Source: Patescibacteria group bacterium
GTDB lineage: Bacteria > Patescibacteriota > Minisyncoccia > Phycocordibacterales > XYD1-FULL-46-19
Length of the DNA stretch: 64,000 nt
Direction: 5' to 3'
NCBI GenBank assembly: GCA_048617235.1
Contig: JBMCHT010000004.1
Location: 46,107-110,106, forward strand
In this document: piece by piece, positions 53,848 to 64,000 of the stretch
Position numbering within the stretch: position 1 is the stretch's first letter
How the letters are laid out: each line of letters begins with the position of its first letter
Program-made: the position numbers and the translations under genes
Notes under the pieces: model-generated
What the model saw: only the letters and a program-made list of their open reading frames with translations
What the model was told of the DNA's origin: nothing
Databases searched by the model: none

Positions 53848-56022
53848 ATGGGTAGAAAGAAAAAGAAGGAAAAAAAGGGTTTAGGTGAATGGTTAAGTAA
53901 TCTACAAGATGAAACCCGTCATTCAATGCTGGGAGTTTTATTTATCGCCTTGGCTGTCTTTTTTAGTTTAGCCGGAGTAAATTATGCCGGCTTAATCGGA
54001 CGCTGGACTTACAGCGGACTATCGGCTTTAATGGGAGCCGGTTTTATTCTCCTCCCGATAGTTACCGCCGGTTTGGGAATTTCCTTTTTGATGTCTATTA
54101 AACCGAAAATTATTAGTCATCGTCTTTCCGGCGGAGCTTTGTTTTTTCTATCAACCTTGGGATTAATCAGTTTAATTTTTAATCAAGACTCCGGTGGTTT
54201 GATTGGCAACTTGATTGCCGAACCAATGGTTCGTCTATTCGATTTATACATCAGTTTAGTCTTTCTGGGCTCTTTGGCTCTGGTAGCGGTGATGATCACC
54301 TTTGATACCCGCATCACCTTAGAAGGTAAACTTTTTGGCTTGTCTTTATTCGGTCGCCGTCATCAATTGTCTGAAGATGAAGACTACCCAGAAGAAGAAG
54401 AAAATTGGGAGGAAGAACCGGAAGAGGAAAAAGAGGAAGCGGAGCCGGTTAAAACTCCGGTAGAGGCTACTCCGGTTAAAGATGACAGTGCCGGTTTATT
54501 AAAAAACTTATCCGGTTGGACCGGAGGCGGTAGTCAAGATTTTACTCCCCCACCGTTAAAACTTTTAAATAGCGACTCCGGTAAACCCGGTTCCGGGGAT
54601 ATTAAAGCCAATGCCAATATTATAAAAAGAACTTTAACCAACTTTGGAATTAATGTGGAAATGGATGAAGTTTCAGTCGGACCGTCTATCACCAGATATG
54701 CTCTGAAGCCGGCCGAGGGAGTAAAATTATCCAGAATTCTCGGTTTGCAAAATGACCTCTCTTTGGCCTTGGCCGCCCATCCTATCCGGATTGAAGCCCC
54801 TATCCCCGGCCGGTCTTTAGTAGGAATTGAAATACCCAACAGCACCAAAACCACTATCGGTTTAGCCACTCTTTTGGGAGGTAAAGATTTTACTCAATCT
54901 CCCTGGCCGTTAACCGTTACTTTAGGTCGCGGTATATCCGGCGGGGCTCATTATGCCAATTTAACCAAAGCTCCTCATATGTTAATTGCCGGAGCTACCG
55001 GTGCCGGTAAAAGTGTTACCATCCACGCCTTAATCACTTCCCTTCTCTACCAAAAAGGACCGGATAAATTAAGATTCATTATGATTGACCCTAAAAGAGT
55101 AGAATTGACTATGTACAATAAAATCCCTCATTTGCTGACTCCGGTAATTACCGATCCCAAGAAAACCATTGCCGCTCTCCGTTGGGCAGCCGGAGAAATG
55201 GAAAGGCGTTACAATATTCTGGAAGCGGAGGCAGTTAGAGATATTCAATCCTATCACAAGAATGTAGTTGATCCTTACCTAAAACAGAAGAAAAAGCAAG
55301 AAACTCAAGACGAGCAAGAAGATATAGACCGAATGCCCTATATTGTGATCATTATTGATGAGTTAGCAGATATTATGTCCACCTATCCCCGAGAGCTGGA
55401 AGCAGCCGTGGTTCGGTTGGCTCAAATGTCTCGAGCGGTGGGTATCCACCTGATATTATCCACTCAAAGACCGTCAGTAGAAGTGATTACCGGTTTAATT
55501 AAAGCCAATATTCCGGCCAGAATCGCCTTACAGGTGGCCTCTCAAGTGGATTCCCGCACCATTATAGATATGGCCGGAGCCGAAAAACTCTTAGGTGCCG
55601 GAGATATGCTCTATATTTCCGGTGAGATGTCTAAACCATTTAGAATACAATCGGCTTTCATTTCCGAAGAAGAAGTTAAAAAAGTGGTTAAATGGATTGC
55701 CGATCATTATACCGAAGAAGCTATCGGTGAGCTGGCACTGGAAGAGGCCTTATCCGGCCAAAGTGGAGATTTGGCCAGAACGGCTTTAGATGGTCAAAAT
55801 GACAACAATGACGATGACGAATTGTATGAAGATGCCCGAGAAGCCGTGATTGAGGGCGGTAAAGCTTCAGCTTCTTATTTACAAAGAAAATTAAAAGTGG
55901 GTTATGCCCGAGCAGCCAGATTATTGGATATGTTGGAAGAAAGAGGGGTGGTTGGCCCCGGCGAAGGTGCCAAACCGCGAGATGTCTATATTAAACCCGG
56001 TCAAGAAACAGAATCTGAATAA
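53848..56022 (+). CDS. ftsK: DNA translocase FtsK/SpoIIIE
   Basis: N-terminal TM region, an acidic linker and a motor domain with the Walker A motif GATGAGKS and the Walker B motif IVIIIDELAD. C-terminal gamma winged helix. Confidence 0.85.
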   Translation: MGRKKKKEKKGLGEWLSNLQDETRHSMLGVLFIALAVFFSLAGVNYAGLIGRWTYSGLSALMGAGFILLPIVTAGLGISFLMSIKPKIISHRLSGGALFFLSTLGLISLIFNQDSGGLIGNLIAEPMVRLFDLYISLVFLGSLALVAVMITFDTRITLEGKLFGLSLFGRRHQLSEDEDYPEEEENWEEEPEEEKEEAEPVKTPVEATPVKDDSAGLLKNLSGWTGGGSQDFTPPPLKLLNSDSGKPGSGDIKANANIIKRTLTNFGINVEMDEVSVGPSITRYALKPAEGVKLSRILGLQNDLSLALAAHPIRIEAPIPGRSLVGIEIPNSTKTTIGLATLLGGKDFTQSPWPLTVTLGRGISGGAHYANLTKAPHMLIAGATGAGKSVTIHALITSLLYQKGPDKLRFIMIDPKRVELTMYNKIPHLLTPVITDPKKTIAALRWAAGEMERRYNILEAEAVRDIQSYHKNVVDPYLKQKKKQETQDEQEDIDRMPYIVIIIDELADIMSTYPRELEAAVVRLAQMSRAVGIHLILSTQRPSVEVITGLIKANIPARIALQVASQVDSRTIIDMAGAEKLLGAGDMLYISGEMSKPFRIQSAFISEEEVKKVVKWIADHYTEEAIGELALEEALSGQSGDLARTALDGQNDNNDDDELYEDAREAVIEGGKASASYLQRKLKVGYARAARLLDMLEERGVVGPGEGAKPRDVYIKPGQETESE

Positions 56023-56026
56023 TTTT

Positions 56027-56413
56027 ATGTTTGAAATAGCCACTACTAAAAAAATACATAATCCCCTAAACTGGGAAGTGGTGGCTATCGGTTTGCTTTT
56101 GATTTTAGTTGTTATATACGGTTATATTAATTCCCGCGAATTTATTAAAGGACCAACAGTGGAGATTACCAGGATGGAAACCAAAGGTAATCATTTGTTG
56201 GCCATAACCGGCCAAGTTCACAATATTGCCAGAATCCAAATGAATAATAGGCCAATTTATACCAATGACGATGGTGTTTTTAAAGAAAACCTGGTTCTCT
56301 TGCCGGGCTACAATGTACTCAAACTGACCGCTCAAGATATTTTCGATCGTCAAACAAAAATAGATTATAGTTTTTATCAATCTCCGGATTTGTTGGCCGG
56401 AGTTAATGATTAA
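56027..56413 (+). CDS. hypothetical membrane-anchored protein
   Basis: Starts 4 nt after the ftsK stop. One TM helix then a soluble domain. Confidence 0.4.
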   Translation: MFEIATTKKIHNPLNWEVVAIGLLLILVVIYGYINSREFIKGPTVEITRMETKGNHLLAITGQVHNIARIQMNNRPIYTNDDGVFKENLVLLPGYNVLKLTAQDIFDRQTKIDYSFYQSPDLLAGVND

Positions 56414-56439
56414 ATTAAACATTTAAACATAAAGATTTT

Positions 56440-57492
56440 ATGCCTAAGAAAAAAAATACAGAACCCAAAAAAAGCAATATTCCCAGTCCGGATAAAGAAA
56501 AAAATGCGGCTGAGGTTGAAAGCACCATCCAGGCCATTCAGAGTCGTTTTGGCGAAGGTGCGATTATGAAGCTGGGTCAATCCCCCAAGGTGGATGTAGG
56601 AGCTATCCCCACCGGATCATTAGGTTTGGATTTTGCTTTGGGAATCGGTGGTATCCCCCGAGGCCGAGTAATAGAAATATATGGACCGGAATCCTCCGGT
56701 AAAACCACTCTGGCTTTACACATGGTGGCTGAAGCCCAAAAAAAAGGCGGGGTTTGCGCTTTTGTGGATGCCGAACATGCCTTGGATCCCCAATATTCTC
56801 AAAAAATAGGAGTTAAGATTGATGATCTTTTAATTTCCCAACCGGATTACGGAGAACAAGCTCTGGAGATTGCCGAGAGTTTAATTCGCTCCGGTGGAAT
56901 AGATATTGTAGTTATAGACTCAGTGGCCGCCTTAACCCCCAAAGATGAAATAGAGGGTGATGTGGGAGCTCATCATGTGGGTAAACAAGCCCGTTTAATG
57001 TCTCAGGCCTTACGGAAAATGACCGCTCTGGTAGCCAGAAGTAAAACCACGGTCATTTTTATTAACCAAATCAGGATGCAGATTGGAATGACTTTCGGTA
57101 ATCCGGAAACCACTCCCGGCGGTAAAGCCCTTAAATTTTATTCTTCTGTCAGGTTGGATGTTCGGCGTATCGCTCAAATTAAAAAAGGAGATGAAGTGGT
57201 TGGCGGTCGGGTTCGAGTTAAAGTGGTTAAAAACAAAGTAGCCGCTCCTTTTAGATTGGCCGAATTTGATATCCTCTACAATGAAGGCATTACCCCTGAA
57301 GGTGAAATGTTGGCTTTGGGCGAAAAACTGGATTTAATTAAAAAAAGCGGTGCCAGTTATACCTATACCCCACCGGAAGGTGAAGAGGTAAAATTAGGTC
57401 GGGGTTACGATATGGCTCGAACTTTCTTAAAAGAAAATCCGAAAATTAGCAAGGAATTAATGAAAAATATTAAAAACTCTTGGGATAAATAA
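56440..57492 (+). CDS. recA: recombinase RecA
   Basis: GPESSGKTT Walker A motif. Conserved L2 loop region. 350 aa. Confidence 0.95.
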   Translation: MPKKKNTEPKKSNIPSPDKEKNAAEVESTIQAIQSRFGEGAIMKLGQSPKVDVGAIPTGSLGLDFALGIGGIPRGRVIEIYGPESSGKTTLALHMVAEAQKKGGVCAFVDAEHALDPQYSQKIGVKIDDLLISQPDYGEQALEIAESLIRSGGIDIVVIDSVAALTPKDEIEGDVGAHHVGKQARLMSQALRKMTALVARSKTTVIFINQIRMQIGMTFGNPETTPGGKALKFYSSVRLDVRRIAQIKKGDEVVGGRVRVKVVKNKVAAPFRLAEFDILYNEGITPEGEMLALGEKLDLIKKSGASYTYTPPEGEEVKLGRGYDMARTFLKENPKISKELMKNIKNSWDK

Positions 57493-57494
57493 TT

Positions 57495-58061
57495 ATGTTG
57501 AATTATAATGAAATCAAAGAAAGAACTTATATAAATTTTAAAGACGAACCTTATGAGATTATTAGCTCTCATATTTTTCGCAAACAACAAAGAAAACCGG
57601 TCAATAATGTTAAGATGAAAAATTTGTTAAATGGTAAAACCATTGAACACACTTTTCATCAAAGCGATAAAATAGAAGAAGCCAGCATAGAAACCGAACC
57701 GGTGAAATTTTTATTTTATAAACCTCAAGCTAATGAGTACTGGTTTTGTTCACCGAATGATCCTAAAAACCGTTATTCTTTACCGATGGAAGTTGTCGGT
57801 GAATCTTTAAAATTTATTCCTGAAAACACAAATATAGAGGTTGTTACTTTTAATGAGCAACCAATCAGTTTAAAGATACCGATTAAAATAAGTTTGGAAG
57901 TAACTGAGGCTCCACCTAATATTAAAGGTAATACCACCCAAGGTGGAGTTAAACAAGTAACTTTGGAAACCGGAGCGGTTATTAATACTCCGATGTTTAT
58001 TAATACCGGCGATAAAGTGGTTGTGAATACCGATAGCGGTGAATATGTAGAGCGAGGATGA
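57495..58061 (+). CDS. efp: elongation factor P
   Basis: 188 aa with the conserved KPG/GKG loop region and a three-domain size. Confidence 0.85.
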   Translation: MLNYNEIKERTYINFKDEPYEIISSHIFRKQQRKPVNNVKMKNLLNGKTIEHTFHQSDKIEEASIETEPVKFLFYKPQANEYWFCSPNDPKNRYSLPMEVVGESLKFIPENTNIEVVTFNEQPISLKIPIKISLEVTEAPPNIKGNTTQGGVKQVTLETGAVINTPMFINTGDKVVVNTDSGEYVERG

Positions 58062-58132
58062 AGTTAAAATTAGAGTAATATTATTAAAAATCGGTACCGA
58101 TAAAATCATTTTTTACAGTATAATGAAAGACT

Positions 58133-58161
58133 AAAAACACCACCTTTAAGGTGGTGTTTTT
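58133..58161 (+). terminator. bidirectional terminator after efp
   Basis: AAAAACACCACCTTTAAGGTGGTGTTTTT. Confidence 0.6.
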
Positions 58162-58301
58162 AGATGTGTCTGCCTTCGACTTAGGACATGTCCTTTTGTC
58201 GAACGAAGCTTTCGCTCACAGGCACACCTATTATGTTTAAAATAAATTAAAACCGTCATTTTAGGCAACGGTTTTAATCTTATCCACAATTTTATAAATA
58301 T

Positions 58302-58502
58302 CTACCCTCTGGTAAACGGCAACAAAGCCAAAAACCGAGCTCGCTTCACAGCTTGAGATAATCGTCGTTGATGTTTGGCACAAACTCCACTGCGACGACG
58401 CCCCATAATTCTGGCATGAGGGTTTAAAAACTTCTCCAACTGTTCTATGTTCTTATAGTCTATATCTTTCTGATTGGTGGTACAAAAATAACATTGTTTC
58501 AT
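58302..58502 (-). CDS. rpsR: 30S ribosomal protein S18
   Basis: MKQCYFCTTNQKDIDYKN...RRLSQAVKRARFLALLP is typical S18. Confidence 0.8.
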   Translation of the reverse strand: MKQCYFCTTNQKDIDYKNIEQLEKFLNPHARIMGRRRSGVCAKHQRRLSQAVKRARFLALLPFTRG

Positions 58503-58521
58503 AATTTTGTATTTTTAAAAC

Positions 58522-58971
58522 TTAAAAAGGAATATCGTCGGGATTAATGTCCTCCTCCGGATAATCTATGGTTTCATTATCAGAATCCGACTTTGGGGAA
58601 TTGCTTGAATTGTCAGACTTGGGATAATTATCACCACCGCCTCCACTTTTTTGACCAAATTGAACCGTATCGGCTACAATTTCCGTTCTGTATTTTTTAA
58701 TTCCATCTTGTCCATCCCAACTTCTGGTTTGAATTCGACCTTCAACCAAAACTTGCTGGCCTTTCTTTAGGTATTGGGCACTAGTTTCTGCTTGGCGACC
58801 AAAAACCACTATATTATGAAATTGAGTGTCTTCCTTTTTTTGACCTTCTTTATCTTTCCACACTCGGTTAGTGGCCACCCCAAAAGTAGTTACCGCCGTT
58901 CCTGAAGGTAAAGCTTTCTGTTCCGGGTCTCTGGTTAAATTACCGCTGATAATGGCTTTATTTAAATACAT
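58522..58971 (-). CDS. ssb: single-stranded DNA-binding protein
   Basis: OB-fold N-terminal region. Gly-rich tail ending DDIPF. Confidence 0.85.
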   Translation of the reverse strand: MYLNKAIISGNLTRDPEQKALPSGTAVTTFGVATNRVWKDKEGQKKEDTQFHNIVVFGRQAETSAQYLKKGQQVLVEGRIQTRSWDGQDGIKKYRTEIVADTVQFGQKSGGGGDNYPKSDNSSNSPKSDSDNETIDYPEEDINPDDIPF

Positions 58972-59006
58972 AATTTTAAAATATCACTATTTTATTTAAA
59001 AAGCAA

Positions 59007-59573
59007 TTATGCCGGAGTTTCATCTTTATTTTCGGTTAATAAACCCTCTATTTGTTCATCTATAGATTCAGTATCCAAAGGTTCAGCCGGTTTAGTTTCT
59101 TTTTCTTGATCAGGAGCAGGTTTTGGCTCTTCTGCGACCGAAGGGGAGGTTATTGCTTCTTCGGTTGCAGAAGCAACTTTTCCGGGGGATATCTTACCAA
59201 TCAAAGAATCCGGTACCACCAACAATAAAAATCTTAGAAGTTTATCCGAATTTTTCCAAATCAAAGACAAGGCTTCCACCTGAGCCGGATTTAACGAAAA
59301 CTGTACCGCTCCAAAATAGGCATCTTTATAGGAAGCGGAATCATGACCCACCACATGCCTGATTGGATAAGCTAAAGTAATTATAGAGGGATTAAGCCTG
59401 GATAATACTTCTCCACCGGCTTTGGTTATGGGATTTATTATCTCTTCTTCCAAAACTTTAACTAAATCGGCTTCAGCTACCAAAGGCAACAATAAAAAAC
59501 CGATTTCATAATTTTTGGACTCAGCCAAATCGGTTTCTATTTCTTGATCAACTGTTTTTTCTTCTTTTGACAT
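59007..59573 (-). CDS. rpsF: 30S ribosomal protein S6 with long acidic C-terminal extension
   Basis: The S6 core (NYEIGFLLLP...) lies in the rpsF-ssb-rpsR arrangement. ~70-aa Glu/Pro-rich tail. Confidence 0.7.
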   Translation of the reverse strand: MSKEEKTVDQEIETDLAESKNYEIGFLLLPLVAEADLVKVLEEEIINPITKAGGEVLSRLNPSIITLAYPIRHVVGHDSASYKDAYFGAVQFSLNPAQVEALSLIWKNSDKLLRFLLLVVPDSLIGKISPGKVASATEEAITSPSVAEEPKPAPDQEKETKPAEPLDTESIDEQIEGLLTENKDETPA

Positions 59574-59623
59574 ACAAGCGCTATCGTAGCAAAAAAAAGG
59601 ATAAAAGTCAAAAACAATAAAGG

Positions 59624-60460
59624 TTATTCTTTAAGGCCAAAAACTCGGAAAGCATTAGCGGTGGTAATCTCCGCCAACTCCGAATAAGACAAGCCCCGCC
59701 AAGTGGCTATCTGCTCGGCAATGGTTTTAACATAAAGCGGTTCATTCCTCTGACCACGGTAAGGCACCGGGGAGACATACGGACAATCGGTTTCCACCAT
59801 CAAAGAATCCAAAGGCACTAATTCCACCACCTGACGATAAGACTGACTAAAAGTAATTACTCCGGTAAAAGAAATGGTGGCACCTTTATCTAAAAAGCGT
59901 TTTAAAATTTGATCAGAACCAACAAAAAAATGAGTATGAATGGATAAATCCGGGAAATTTTTTAAAATAGCCAAAGTATCCTCATAAGCACCCCGAATAT
60001 GCAACATAACCGGCAGAGACATCTCTTGAGCCAACTGTAATTGGCTTTCAAAGGCAGAGAATTGCTTTTGACGGTCTTTATCGGACAAAGACCGGCCGTA
60101 ATCCAAACCAATCTCCCCGATAGCCACCACCTTGGTTGAAGATTTAATTAGTTGTCTGTAAAGGTCGATATCCAAAACCTCACCGGCGGTGGTAAAGCCT
60201 GCAGTAGCACCTTCACCTAATTCTTTCTTATCCCAATAACTGAAGGCGGTATGTAGAGGATGTAATCCGACAGTTGCCCACATCCCCTCTCTTTCTTTCT
60301 CCGCCAAAGCCACAGCTTGTTGAGAAGTCTCTAATTTGGAACCAACATTAATCACCCCCACCCCGGCTTCCTTGGTTTTAGTTAAAACCGCCGATCGATC
60401 TTCATCGTAAGCGGAAAAATTAAGATGAGCATGAATATCTATAATTTCCGGTTTAAACAT
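59624..60460 (-). CDS. tatD: TatD-family metal-dependent deoxyribonuclease
   Basis: IDIHAHLNF N-terminal motif. Conserved His/Glu/Asp pattern. Confidence 0.8.
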   Translation of the reverse strand: MFKPEIIDIHAHLNFSAYDEDRSAVLTKTKEAGVGVINVGSKLETSQQAVALAEKEREGMWATVGLHPLHTAFSYWDKKELGEGATAGFTTAGEVLDIDLYRQLIKSSTKVVAIGEIGLDYGRSLSDKDRQKQFSAFESQLQLAQEMSLPVMLHIRGAYEDTLAILKNFPDLSIHTHFFVGSDQILKRFLDKGATISFTGVITFSQSYRQVVELVPLDSLMVETDCPYVSPVPYRGQRNEPLYVKTIAEQIATWRGLSYSELAEITTANAFRVFGLKE

Positions 60461-60463
60461 AGA

Positions 60464-61888
60464 TTAAATACGAGGAAATAAAGGTTTATCCGGAAAGCGA
60501 TGATCAGTTAACAATTTTTTTATTTCACTTGCCGTGGCCGGCAATAGAGGTTCCAAGTAATTAGCTATCTCCCATAAACCAACCTCCAATTCGGCTATAG
60601 CTATCCGACCGGCTTCCTGATCTTCTTTAATCAATTGAAAAGGTTTTTGAATTTGAATTTTTTTATCCAGCTCAGTTATTTTATTCCAAACCCAATCGGC
60701 CGCTTTATTAAAATCATAATTATTGTAATATTCAAGATACTCATCCGGCCAAATCACTTCGGGGAAAATTGGAGCAAAATCCAAATGAGTAATAGCCATC
60801 TTTAAAATCCGACTGGTTAGATTACCCAGGCCATTGACCAAATTGGCAGTATAAGTCTCTTGAAATCGCTCCATAGTAAAATCCGAATCTTCAAATGGAT
60901 GGGTTTCTCTTAAAAAAAAGTAGCGAACGGCATCAGTGCCATATTGAGCCACCACTTCTTCCGGAGAGACAACATTTCCTAAACTCTTACTCATTTTCTG
61001 CCCACCGGCTGTATAAAAGCCGTGGATAATAATTTGACGCGAAAGAGGTAAACCGGCCGACAATAACATTGCCTGCCACATAGCGGCTTGTTGTCTTAGA
61101 TTATCTTTACCGGCAAATTGAAGCGGTGGCCAAAAACGTTCGTAGTCTGAATTAGGTTCCGGCCAACCTAAAGTAGATAAATAGTTAACCAAAGCATCAA
61201 ACCACACATACATTACATGATCAGGATCATCGGGCACCGGTACTCCCCAAGGCATTTTGGATTTTAAACGAGAAATACTAAAATCTGATAAACCTTGTTC
61301 AACAAAATTCTCTATTTCTTTTAAACGCCAGGCCGGTACCACAAAATCCGGACGAGATTGGTATAATTCCAGTAATTTAGAAGCATATTTAGAAAATCTA
61401 AAAAAATAATTTTCTTCGGCAATTTCTTCTATCGCCTGGCCGGGATGAATCGGGCACTCTCCGTTGTCTAATTCCGATAAACTTTTCTCCAATTCACAAC
61501 CGACACAATACAATACTTTATATTCGGCTTTGTAAATATCTCCATTAGCCAAACAACGACGCCACATTTCAGTCGCCGCTTGTTTATGATGAGGATTGGT
61601 GGTTTGAATAAATCTATCGGATGATAAATTCAACAAAGATTTTAAAGTTCTAAAAGATTCAGCCAAACGATCAACATAAACTTGAGGCTCCAAACCGGCC
61701 TCTTGGGCTTTACGATAAATCTTCAAACCATATTCATCGGTACCATAACTAAAAGTAACCTCGGCTCCTTGATAACGGCAAAAACGAGCATAAGCATCAG
61801 CCTGCACCACCTCTAAAGCAAAACCGATATGCGGTTTGGCATTAACATAAGGTAAAGTGGTGGTAATATAGATGGGTTTTTTATCCAT
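60464..61888 (-). CDS. metG: methionyl-tRNA synthetase (short form, no C-terminal tRNA-binding domain)
   Basis: HIGH-like PHIGF motif and the KMSKS motif. Confidence 0.85.
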   Translation of the reverse strand: MDKKPIYITTTLPYVNAKPHIGFALEVVQADAYARFCRYQGAEVTFSYGTDEYGLKIYRKAQEAGLEPQVYVDRLAESFRTLKSLLNLSSDRFIQTTNPHHKQAATEMWRRCLANGDIYKAEYKVLYCVGCELEKSLSELDNGECPIHPGQAIEEIAEENYFFRFSKYASKLLELYQSRPDFVVPAWRLKEIENFVEQGLSDFSISRLKSKMPWGVPVPDDPDHVMYVWFDALVNYLSTLGWPEPNSDYERFWPPLQFAGKDNLRQQAAMWQAMLLSAGLPLSRQIIIHGFYTAGGQKMSKSLGNVVSPEEVVAQYGTDAVRYFFLRETHPFEDSDFTMERFQETYTANLVNGLGNLTSRILKMAITHLDFAPIFPEVIWPDEYLEYYNNYDFNKAADWVWNKITELDKKIQIQKPFQLIKEDQEAGRIAIAELEVGLWEIANYLEPLLPATASEIKKLLTDHRFPDKPLFPRI

Positions 61889-61897
61889 AATATTTAA

Positions 61898-62977
61898 TTA
61901 TTGAATATTTGTTTTAGATTGTGGTTTCTGACGAAAAAGGATTTTCTTTTGTTCTATATCCGAAGCCAACTCCATAATAACCGTAGCCACCGGCACTGCC
62001 AAGATTATACCTAAAAAACCGGCCAGTTGATAACCAACAATCAAAGAGATAATAACAATAATTGGTGGGACTCCGACTATTTTTCTAACCACTAAAGGAT
62101 AAAACAAATGATTTTCAAACTGTTGAATAATTATATATAAACCAATCACCATAAAACCCAAAGTAACACTATCCAAAAAGCCCAACATAGCAGCCGGCAC
62201 CGCCGCCAAAACAGGGCCAAAAATAGGGATTAACTCAAACAAAGCAGCCAAAATAGCTAAAACCAAGGCATGCTTAACTCCTAAAATGGTTAAACCTAAA
62301 TAAACCAAAACCCCAACTATTATTCCTAATAATAATTGACCTTTCATCCATTGACCTATCTTTTCTTGAGAACGTCGCCACAGGCCGATCACATACTGTT
62401 CATAACGCAAAGGTAAAATAATCCGCAAAAAATTTTCTACTCCTTTTTCTTGTACTGCCAAATAAAAAGACAAAACCAAAATCATTATCAAACTGAATAT
62501 ACCGCCAAAAACTGCCGAAGCAGTAGCCACCGTCCCACCGGAAAAAGTACTTAACTGGTTTTTAAAATCCACTAATATGGCAGACCAATCTATATCTGCC
62601 CCCAAATAACCACCTAAAGACCGTAAAGGATTAAATCTGGTATCAAACAAATTTATCTCTGCCAATTGTTCGGGTACGGTAGAAATAATACCGGAGGCCT
62701 CTTCAAATATAGGTGGTAAAAAGATATAAACAAAAGAAATAATAACCAAGAAAGATGCCAAGTAAACCGCCAAAACAGCCACTACTCGAGGAATACGGTA
62801 ATAAACCAAAGATCGAGCAGCCGGCTCTACCGCCGAGGCAATAACCACCGAAGTTAAAATTATTAAAATTAAATCAAAGAAAAAATATAGAAGAAAAAAA
62901 CCGACCAAGATTAACAAGAACCGAACCATAGTATCGGTAGTTAAAGACACTTTTACCGGTGATGAGGTTTCAAACAT
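61898..62977 (-). CDS. AI-2E family transporter (second paralog)
   Basis: Same membrane architecture as 27931-29004. Confidence 0.6.
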   Translation of the reverse strand: MFETSSPVKVSLTTDTMVRFLLILVGFFLLYFFFDLILIILTSVVIASAVEPAARSLVYYRIPRVVAVLAVYLASFLVIISFVYIFLPPIFEEASGIISTVPEQLAEINLFDTRFNPLRSLGGYLGADIDWSAILVDFKNQLSTFSGGTVATASAVFGGIFSLIMILVLSFYLAVQEKGVENFLRIILPLRYEQYVIGLWRRSQEKIGQWMKGQLLLGIIVGVLVYLGLTILGVKHALVLAILAALFELIPIFGPVLAAVPAAMLGFLDSVTLGFMVIGLYIIIQQFENHLFYPLVVRKIVGVPPIIVIISLIVGYQLAGFLGIILAVPVATVIMELASDIEQKKILFRQKPQSKTNIQ

Positions 62978-63058
62978 AATTATTACCTTATAACATCATC
63001 TTAGCAAAAAATCATCTAAAATAAAATTATTTCAAATTAAGTTTTTAAGTTTAAAAAC

Positions 63059-64000
63059 TTAAATTAAATATTGTCGCAAATAAGCACTCAAATCATGTAT
63101 AGCCTCTCGCGTCTGTTCCCCACTATCCCTGTGCCTAATAGTAACCGTATCATTTTCCAAAGATTCAAAATCTACCGTCAAACAAAAAGGAGTTCCGATT
63201 TCATCTTGACGACGATAGCGTTTACCAATATTGCCGTTATCATCCCAAACTATCTGAGGAATTTCTTGTCTTAAATTTTCGTAAACAGTTCGAGCTTTGG
63301 TTATTAACTCAGGTTTATTTTTAAGTAAAGGAAAAACCGCCACCTTAACCGGAGCCAGTTTGGGTAATAATTTCAAAACCACTCTCGACTCCCCTCCCAA
63401 CTCATCCTCACAATAAGCATCTGCCAAAACCGCCAAGAAAAATCGCCCCATACCCATAGAGGTTTCTAAAATCCAAGGAATAAATTTCTCTCCGGTAACT
63501 TGATCGGTGTAATGCAAATCCACTCCGGAATACTTCATATGCTGAGTCAAGTCATAATCGGTTCTGTCATGAATACCTTCTATTTCATCAAAACCATAAG
63601 TGGGGAAATTATATTCTATATCCCAAGCATCAGAGGCATAAAAAACTAATTTATCATGCTGTTTCCAGCGTAATTTATCAGCCTTAATTCCTAAAGATAA
63701 ATACCAAGCCCAACGATCTTGCTTAATTTTCTCAAAGGCCTCCCGGTTTTCATACGGTTTAATAAAAAACTGAGTATCAGCTTGCTCAAATTCTCGAGTC
63801 CGGAATAAAAAGTTACGAGGTGAAATTTCATTACGAAAAGCTTTGCCGATCTGAGCCACTCCGAAAGGTATTTTCGGGCGCATGGTATTAATTATATTTT
63901 TATAATTAAGATATATTCCTTGACAAGCTTCTCCGGGCAAATAAACCGGTTTCTCGTTTTCGGCGGTAAAATCACCCAAATTGGATTTAACCAAAAGATT
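63059..64000 (-). CDS. glyQS: glycyl-tRNA synthetase (class II, GlyQS type), C-terminal ~310 aa; N-terminus lies beyond the window
   Basis: FGVAQIGKAFRNEISPRNFLFRTREFEQ class II motif 2 region and a C-terminal anticodon-binding domain. The ORF runs off the window end. Confidence 0.75.
   Translation of the reverse strand, partial: NLLVKSNLGDFTAENEKPVYLPGEACQGIYLNYKNIINTMRPKIPFGVAQIGKAFRNEISPRNFLFRTREFEQADTQFFIKPYENREAFEKIKQDRWAWYLSLGIKADKLRWKQHDKLVFYASDAWDIEYNFPTYGFDEIEGIHDRTDYDLTQHMKYSGVDLHYTDQVTGEKFIPWILETSMGMGRFFLAVLADAYCEDELGGESRVVLKLLPKLAPVKVAVFPLLKNKPELITKARTVYENLRQEIPQIVWDDNGNIGKRYRRQDEIGTPFCLTVDFESLENDTVTIRHRDSGEQTREAIHDLSAYLRQYLI

Overview
This AT-rich, gene-dense bacterial fragment looks like a small-genome Candidate Phyla Radiation (Patescibacteria) organism. 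It has short intergenic regions, few Shine-Dalgarno sites and insert-bearing rRNA genes. The minus strand dominates. In transcription order it carries rplJ-rplL, two hypothetical genes, a 23S rRNA with a ~304-nt putative group I intron, and 5S rRNA. FtsW and envelope-glycosylation genes follow, then folD, secDF, housekeeping enzymes and transporters, a UvrD-type helicase-nuclease, and groES-groEL. Next come htpX, lemA, a tRNA-Ser, a small decaying region, a VKOR/DsbA disulfide module and a ribonucleotide reductase. Immediately downstream of that lie a type A RNase P RNA (rnpB) and the 5' end of a 16S rRNA that is unlinked from the 23S-5S pair by ~38 kb. The plus strand carries secG, a family-5 solute-binding protein, RNase J and an MFS transporter. 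It also carries ftsK, recA and efp. A short minus-strand block follows with rpsF-ssb-rpsR, tatD, metG and glyQS. The most notable feature is a ~2-kb GC-rich insertion at the 3' end of tRNA-Ser(GGA). It consists only of a large serine recombinase gene bracketed by ~172-bp inverted repeats. The outer tips of those repeats are copies of the tRNA 3' end, and a third direct copy marks the far boundary. I read this as a minimal tRNA-targeting integrative or invertible element. Other accessory signals follow. A RhuM-family gene cassette is bounded by ~150-170-bp direct repeats inside a cluster of surface-protein genes. A P-loop kinase gene is interrupted by one in-frame TAG, next to a P-type ATPase remnant. 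A ~700-bp structured non-coding region lies upstream of a large surface protein that carries tandem Cys-motif repeats. Several candidate regulatory palindromes also occur. Coordinates taken from my own base counting may be off by 1-3 nt.
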